Positions 57,894-64,000 of a stretch of 64,000 bases of DNA are shown piece by piece. The stretch covers positions 9,672,001-9,736,000 of the forward strand of contig OX597825.1 in the NCBI GenBank assembly GCA_951406725.2. The letters run 5' to 3'. A program made the position numbers and the translations under genes. The notes under the pieces are model-generated. The model made no database searches and was not told the origin of the DNA. It saw only the letters and a list, made by a program, of their open reading frames with translations. How positions within the stretch are numbered: position 1 is the first letter of the stretch; the number at the start of each line of letters is the position of its first letter. The stretch comes from Octopus vulgaris (Eukaryota).

Positions 57894-59419
57894 TAATTTT
57901 CTTATTTATTTTTCCCCATGTTCTTTTTCCCTTAGAGTTAATTATTTTCATACTTGTATGTAATTTTCTGTAATTTTAACTCATTTTAACTAGAAAGATT
58001 TTACCAAAAAATGTGTTGGGGGGGGTGAAGTGGAAGAAACTAAGCCAATATGGAGATTCTGCCATCTTACTTAAGGATGACCATTAACTGAAAAACAAGT
58101 AAACAAAACTGCAAAAGTTTCAGAGAAATGCTTCTTTTGAAATGTACCTTCTTCATTACAAATATTTCATATTTTCTACTAAACAGAGATTTCCAACAAC
58201 AAAAAAAAATGTTTAATGAAACCTTTTCTTCTTTCATACATATCCATAAAGAAGATGTTTTCTTTTTTTTGGAAAAATATGCTATCTTTCAACCTTTGTA
58301 TCATGTTTTTCCTGAAAGCACTTGCATGTGTCTTATTTTTTTTCATATTCAAAAACTAAAATATTATTAAGTTATTTTCTTTTTTCTCTCAAATTGAATG
58401 TTAAAGTACATTTAAAAAAAAAAATTTCTTTACCTACTTTAATATTTACAAAAGAGATGTTTTTTTCTATCTGTGGGGTTTCTAGCATTAAAATTACTTC
58501 AGGGTTAGACCTCAACATTTAAGTTAGATGTTCTGATAAGCCAAGACTATGAACATTAGAATTTTCTTAAAATATACATCTACCTTAAGGGTAAATATGA
58601 AAGACATTTTCACCATGAAAATGTTGCTTTTTTCCACATTTCTCTTATGGTTTGGTGATTTTATTAATGTTTACATTTTTCTCACTCACTATTTCCCTTA
58701 TTTACAGGTCAGCTACACTTAAAAATATCTTTTTATCAAATTAATATTTTTTCAAATATATATGTTAAATGCTTTCAATATTTTATCAGAAAATATTACC
58801 AGAGTTTTATAGCTATTATATATCTGAAAACAGGAATATGATGCATGGATGTCAGAGAGAACCATCAAATTCATCAACTAGATATTGAATCTTTAACCAA
58901 ATTGACCAAATTTTTAATTTTAAAAAAATGAAATTATGAAAACGTGCTTACCATGAATATATTTTAAGATATAATATCTCCTAATATAATAATGAACGTA
59001 GTGTTTTTATATATTTGTATATATATACATTTGTCCAGAACCATGTCGGACTCAGAGGAGGAGAGAAAATAGTAATTCAGTGAAGGAAAAGTAGTGAGAG
59101 TAATAGCCCTGATTGAGAGGGAGTGAGAAAAAGTAATAACAATGAGAGAAAGGGAATGGTGACAAATAAGGAAGGAAGGGGTGAAAAAAATCAGCGTTTC
59201 AACTCTGTGTGAGTATTTATTCCATCAGGAATATTTCAAGTGGAGACACCAGAATTCTAGAAGAAAATGGTTCAAGACAAAACCAAACAAGCAATACGGC
59301 AACTGTTTCATAAGAAATTTAAGAAGTAAACACAGAACTGATGGGAATATGTTGTGTTGCACATTTGACAAACGATATAACAGGATAATAAATAATGTCC
59401 TTACAAATCATTCTACTCA

Positions 59420-60058
59420 ACACACAATACTTGTAATTACACTCGACAATATGCAGTCCTCAGCCGCCTGGATTACTGCTCACAGCTATGGTCACCTACT
59501 AGTGTGAAATTAACAGCGGACCTTGAAGCAATCCAGAGAAGATTCACAAAGAAGATCGTCTCTTTGCAACAGCTCAGCTACTGGGAAAGGTTGAAACAGC
59601 TAAAACTCTACTCCCTGGAGAGAAGACAGGAGAGGTATTCAGTAATATATATCTGGAAGATCCTGGAAGGAATTGTGCCAAATTTTGGCATTGAAAGCTA
59701 CACCAATGCCAGAACAGACGACACTGCTTAGTGCCAAAGATCCCAGCAATGCCATCGCACTTCAGGAACAGTCACAGCAACAGCCTGGGCTTCAAGGGCC
59801 CACAGCTTTTTAATATTCTCCCGAAGAGTCTGAGGAACTTGCACAAAGTAGATGTAGGGGTTTTTAACTCAAAGCTGGACCTCTTCCTGTCGAGAGTCCC
59901 AGATGAACCTACCTCACGGCAAGAGGTGCAAATGAGGGTAGCTATATCTTCATCAAGTACCACATATTAGATTAGAGGAGGCTCTTAGTAATAACAGTGT
60001 AGCAAAACGGCAGTGCATTAGCATGGCCACAGCTCTGAGCTGAAACTAGAGAAAAAAA
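59420..60058 (+). mobile_element. CR1-group LINE 3' end
   Basis: YCSQLWSP..LEAIQRRFTKKI..LSYWERLKQLKLYSLERRQERY..WKILEG; FKGPQLFNILP..FNSKLDLFL; A-rich end. Confidence 0.88.
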
Positions 60059-60739
60059 AATCTCGGCTTTACACAGCCCACTGACTCTACTCTACATTCT
60101 CTGGACATGTCCATTTATATTGTGGCACAGTCCATTAGGAGCCAACCAAATAGGGGTGTTCTGCTTCCATAAATCAGAGAAAAAAAATATTGAATAGATT
60201 TCAGAGTGGATAATATAGAGTTGGCATGTTTCAATGAATAAAAGTTATTTTAACCATCGTGTTCACATTCTTTGTTTGAAACATTTCTCTGATATTGCTT
60301 ATGTCTCAGTCAAAAACTTATATCATTTCATGTGATAATCTATACATGTTGTTTTTTGCAATAATCTATATTATTTAATGCTATGAATAATCTATATTAT
60401 TTAATGTTACAATCTATATTATACAATACTAAAAAATATCATTTTGATAGAAGTGGTAAGATAAAGTCTTGTTTAGATAATGCAGAACTGTGAAGAATTG
60501 GAATATGTTGTACTGCATGTCCGTCCAGCTTGGGGGAGCATAGAGATCACAAGCATCACAATCACAATTAGTTGGTGGTGGTGGTGGTGGTGGTGGTGGT
60601 GGTTGCTGTTGCTGTTGAGCGAACGGTCTTCATCCCAGAGCTCGCAAGATGGGAGAAGTCCGAAACGTGGTCCTTTGCTATTCGTAAAACCTGCAGAAGT
60701 CTGTCTAAGGTGTCACCTTTACCTTTGTAACAGTTATTC

Positions 60740-60921
60740 TTTTCTTTTATTCTTTTACTTGTTTCAGTCATTTGACTGCGACCATGCTGGAGCACCGCCT
60801 TTAGTCAAGCAAATCAACCCCAGTCCTGGGGTTGATTTATAAGCATAGTACTTATTCTGTTGGTTTCTTTTGCTGAACCACTAAGTTACGGCGACATAAA
60901 CACACCAGCATCGGTTGTCAA
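60740..60921 (-). mobile_element. SINE family A 3' half
   Basis: cttgtttcagtcatttgactgcgaccatgctggagcaccgcc on plus strand. Confidence 0.85.
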
Positions 60922-61095
60922 GGATTGAAAATTAAAAACTAAATTAGATGGTAAATGTTTTTAATTTTCAATCCTTTCGAGAATTTATCCATAATTAGTG
61001 GTTTGAGTTTTCTACTGCTCTTTCTAGCACAAGGCTTTCCTATTTGGAAGCCTCTTAATGTGTTCTAATGTACACGATCTTTATATATATATAAA

Positions 61096-61506
61096 GGCGC
61101 AGGAGTGGCTGGGTGGTAAGTAGCTTGCTTACCAACCACATGGTTCCAGGTTCAGTCCCACTGCGTGGTACCTTGGGCAAGTGTCTCCTACTATAGCCTC
61201 GGGCCGACCAAAGCCTTGTGAGTGGATTTGGTAGACAGAAACTGAAAGAAGCCTGTCGTATATATATGTATATATATATGTGTGTGTGCGTGTATGTTTG
61301 TGTGTCTGTATTTGTCCCCCTAGCATTGCTTGACAACCGATGCTGGTGTGTTTACGTCCCCGTCACTTAGCGGTTCGGCAAAAGAGACCGATAGAATAAG
61401 TACTGGGCTTACAAAGAATAAGTCCTGGGGTCGAGTTGCTCGATTAAAGGCGGTGCTCCAGCATGGCTGCAGTCAAATGACTGAAACAAGTAAAAGAGTA
61501 AAAGAG
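61096..61506 (+). mobile_element. SINE family A, full length
   Basis: Complete head, TA/TG spacer, gtaaaaga tail. Confidence 0.92.
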
Positions 61507-62544
61507 TATATATATATGAAGCCGCATGGCTTAGTGGTTAGGATAGCCTTCCAAATACTAACCATTTTACAGAGTGTACTGAGTGATTTTCATGTGACAC
61601 CAGCAACAGCAATTCAGGAAGGAATAGTAAGAATGAGAATATAAACCAGCAGAAGGAAATTTGAACCTCCTTCAATCACAGTCGGAGGAAATCATAAGTC
61701 TGAGCTTTGAGTTTTGCCACTAATAATTATACTCACTGAAATCATTTTGAAAATATTTATCTCTTTAAATTACAGAGGAAGAAAAACTTTGCGCAACATA
61801 ATTAAAAAAAAAAAGCTAGTGTGTGCTTTAGGAAGTCATTTAACTTGAAACGAAGCGAGAGATGTAGAGTTGTCGGCAGTGAGGAGGGATAGAAAGATGG
61901 AGAGAGAGAGATAAGAAGGAATGAGAGAGTGAAGAAGAGAGAGAGAGAGGAAGAAAATGAAATGTGGAATAGGATGAAAGGAAGAAATAAAAATATATAA
62001 AAATATCTAAGACATATATCTATGATTTAGCCAGAAAACAAGAAACGTAATTACTTACCAACGTTTCCTGTTGCTTAGATATTCGAATATTTATAGAATT
62101 CTTACAGTAGATAATCACAAGAGAAATTCTCGTGGTGAATAGCAAGAAAGCTTGTCTTTTTGTACCCCGTGCCCTTACCATTTCGATGTTTCTGTGGCTA
62201 GATTAAATATGTACATTGGTTCTTTGAATGTGAGTATAAGAGTGAGGATGTCTACAGACAATCTCAAGGAATTCTAAGACTTAAGAGGATATTGAAGGAA
62301 AATGTTTAAATCTGGTTCTAAAGGATTAAGCGAATAAGGTAAATCCCCACCCACCCTCACCTGCACAAGATGCTGGTTCAGCTAAGGTTGCATTCCCAGA
62401 TATTATTGTACTTTATTCATCAAAGTTAGCACTTCTTAACTGGAGTAACAACATGTTTTTGTTTTGTAGAGGGTGTATGTCTCTTCAACACATTCCATCT
62501 TTTTTGGCTATGATTTTACAGACAGATGTGCATGCATGAATGTG

Positions 62545-62582
<38 letters not shown>

Positions 62583-62682
62583 CAAATTAGAGACAAAACC
62601 ACTATTATGCAAATCAAACAAAGAAAGACTTAAGCCAATACATAAAATAATTTATATAAATTAAAATTTAACATATGAATAA

Positions 62683-62730
62683 CCACTACGATCGTTTCGT
62701 GTCAGCACATCTTAGACATTCTTCAGGTAA
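62683..62730 (-). ncRNA. Type I HHR, stem II closing pair mutated
   Basis: ttac-CTGAAGA-atgtc(taagatgtgct)gacac-GAAA-cgatcg-TA-gtgg; in a 62577-62770 insert between (TA)n tracts. Confidence 0.7.
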
Positions 62731-62766
62731 ATTTTCCTTGTAAATTTGGATTTATTCCCTAATATT

Positions 62767-62810
<44 letters not shown>

Positions 62811-62824
62811 AGAGAGACAGAGAC

Positions 62825-62873
<49 letters not shown>

Positions 62874-63296
62874 GATTTATTACACACTTATATCACTTGT
62901 CTCCAAAACAAAATGTTTTTTTTTTCTTGAAGAGGTCACCATTCCTAAACCCATTTCAATACAATGGTAAATGACTAAATAAATAAATGAATGGTGAATA
63001 AGAAGGGGATCACCCTCCTCCTCTCTTTCCGTTTCTCTACCCACCAACCTACCTACCTACCTATCTTTCTATCTATCTATCTCCATTGTCATGGAACCTC
63101 ACCCCACCAAAAAATGAAAACAATGTCCTCCCCTTCTAAACAAAACCCAAACCCAAAACAACATTTGTTTTATATAAATAAACAAGCTATTTGTACATTC
63201 ACACAATTCTATTTGACAAGTTCGGGGAAACAAACGCTAATAATAATGAATAAATAAAAAGATTTTTTTCTCCAAAATTCTGGTGACCTTTTTTCT

Positions 63297-63334
<38 letters not shown>

Positions 63335-63448
63335 AATATAGGATAAAAATTTTTCAAAAGAAAATTTATCAATGGCCAGCATATCAAAAAATACCTTTAA
63401 AGGTTAAATTTATAAACAAGGGCAAAAGAAACAAATTTCTATATAAGT

Positions 63449-63484
<36 letters not shown>

Positions 63485-63485
<1 letters not shown>

Positions 63486-63797
63486 TCGGTGACACATAAG
63501 AAAACACCATCCGAGCGTGGCCGTCTGCCAGCCTCGTCTGGCACCTGTGTCGGTGGCACATAAAAAACACCATCCGAGCGTGGCCGTCTGCCAGCCTCGT
63601 CTGGCACCTGTGTCGGTGGCACATAAAATCACCCACTACACTCTCGGAGTGGTTGGCGTTAGGAAGGGCATCCAGCTGTAGAAACACTACCACATCTGAC
63701 TGGCCTGGTGCAGCCTTCGGGCTTCCCAGACCCCAGTTGAACCGTCCAACCCATGCTAGCATGGAAAGCGGACGTTAAACGATGATGATGATGATGA

Positions 63798-63800
<3 letters not shown>
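63485..63800 (+). mobile_element. SINE family E fragment with internal 63 bp tandem duplication
   Basis: caccatccgagcgtggccgtctgccagcc at 63505 and 63568; (GAT)n tail. Confidence 0.8.
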
Positions 63801-63883
<83 letters not shown>

Positions 63884-63886
63884 GTA

Positions 63887-63932
<46 letters not shown>

Positions 63933-64000
63933 GTAACAAATAGGTTCATGACACTTTTCCACTGACGTAGACTGGATGGTTCAACATGACCTAACACACC

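Noticed and set aside
58583-58630. Candidate exon ending ..LPLR|GT on minus strand
   Set aside because: In-frame stop a few codons upstream.
62059-62190. Possible upstream NPHP4 exon ending at a G|GTAAGT donor
   Set aside because: I saw no resemblance to the expected upstream NPHP4 peptide.

Overview
AT-rich, microsatellite-saturated eukaryotic DNA; the tRNA-derived SINE families and (TA)n/(GATA)n load suggest an octopus/coleoid cephalopod genome (inference). The only host coding sequence I can support is the 3'-terminal coding exon of NPHP4 (minus strand, 55063-55588). Nearly all other ORFs in the track are microsatellite or SINE artefacts. The rest is intergenic/intronic: at least four SINE families, and decayed Tc1/mariner, pogo/Tigger, hAT and LINE remnants. 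The main signal is a dense, sequence-diverse set of type I hammerhead ribozyme (HHR) motifs: about 12 recognisable cores plus several decayed halves. Most sit in short non-coding inverted-repeat elements inserted in (TA)n tracts, and a decayed Penelope-like GIY-YIG ORF lies next to one of them. They range from minimal versions with a palindromic stem III to versions with a long stem II insertion. All motifs were read by eye; no folding or database searches were run, and repeat boundaries are approximate.
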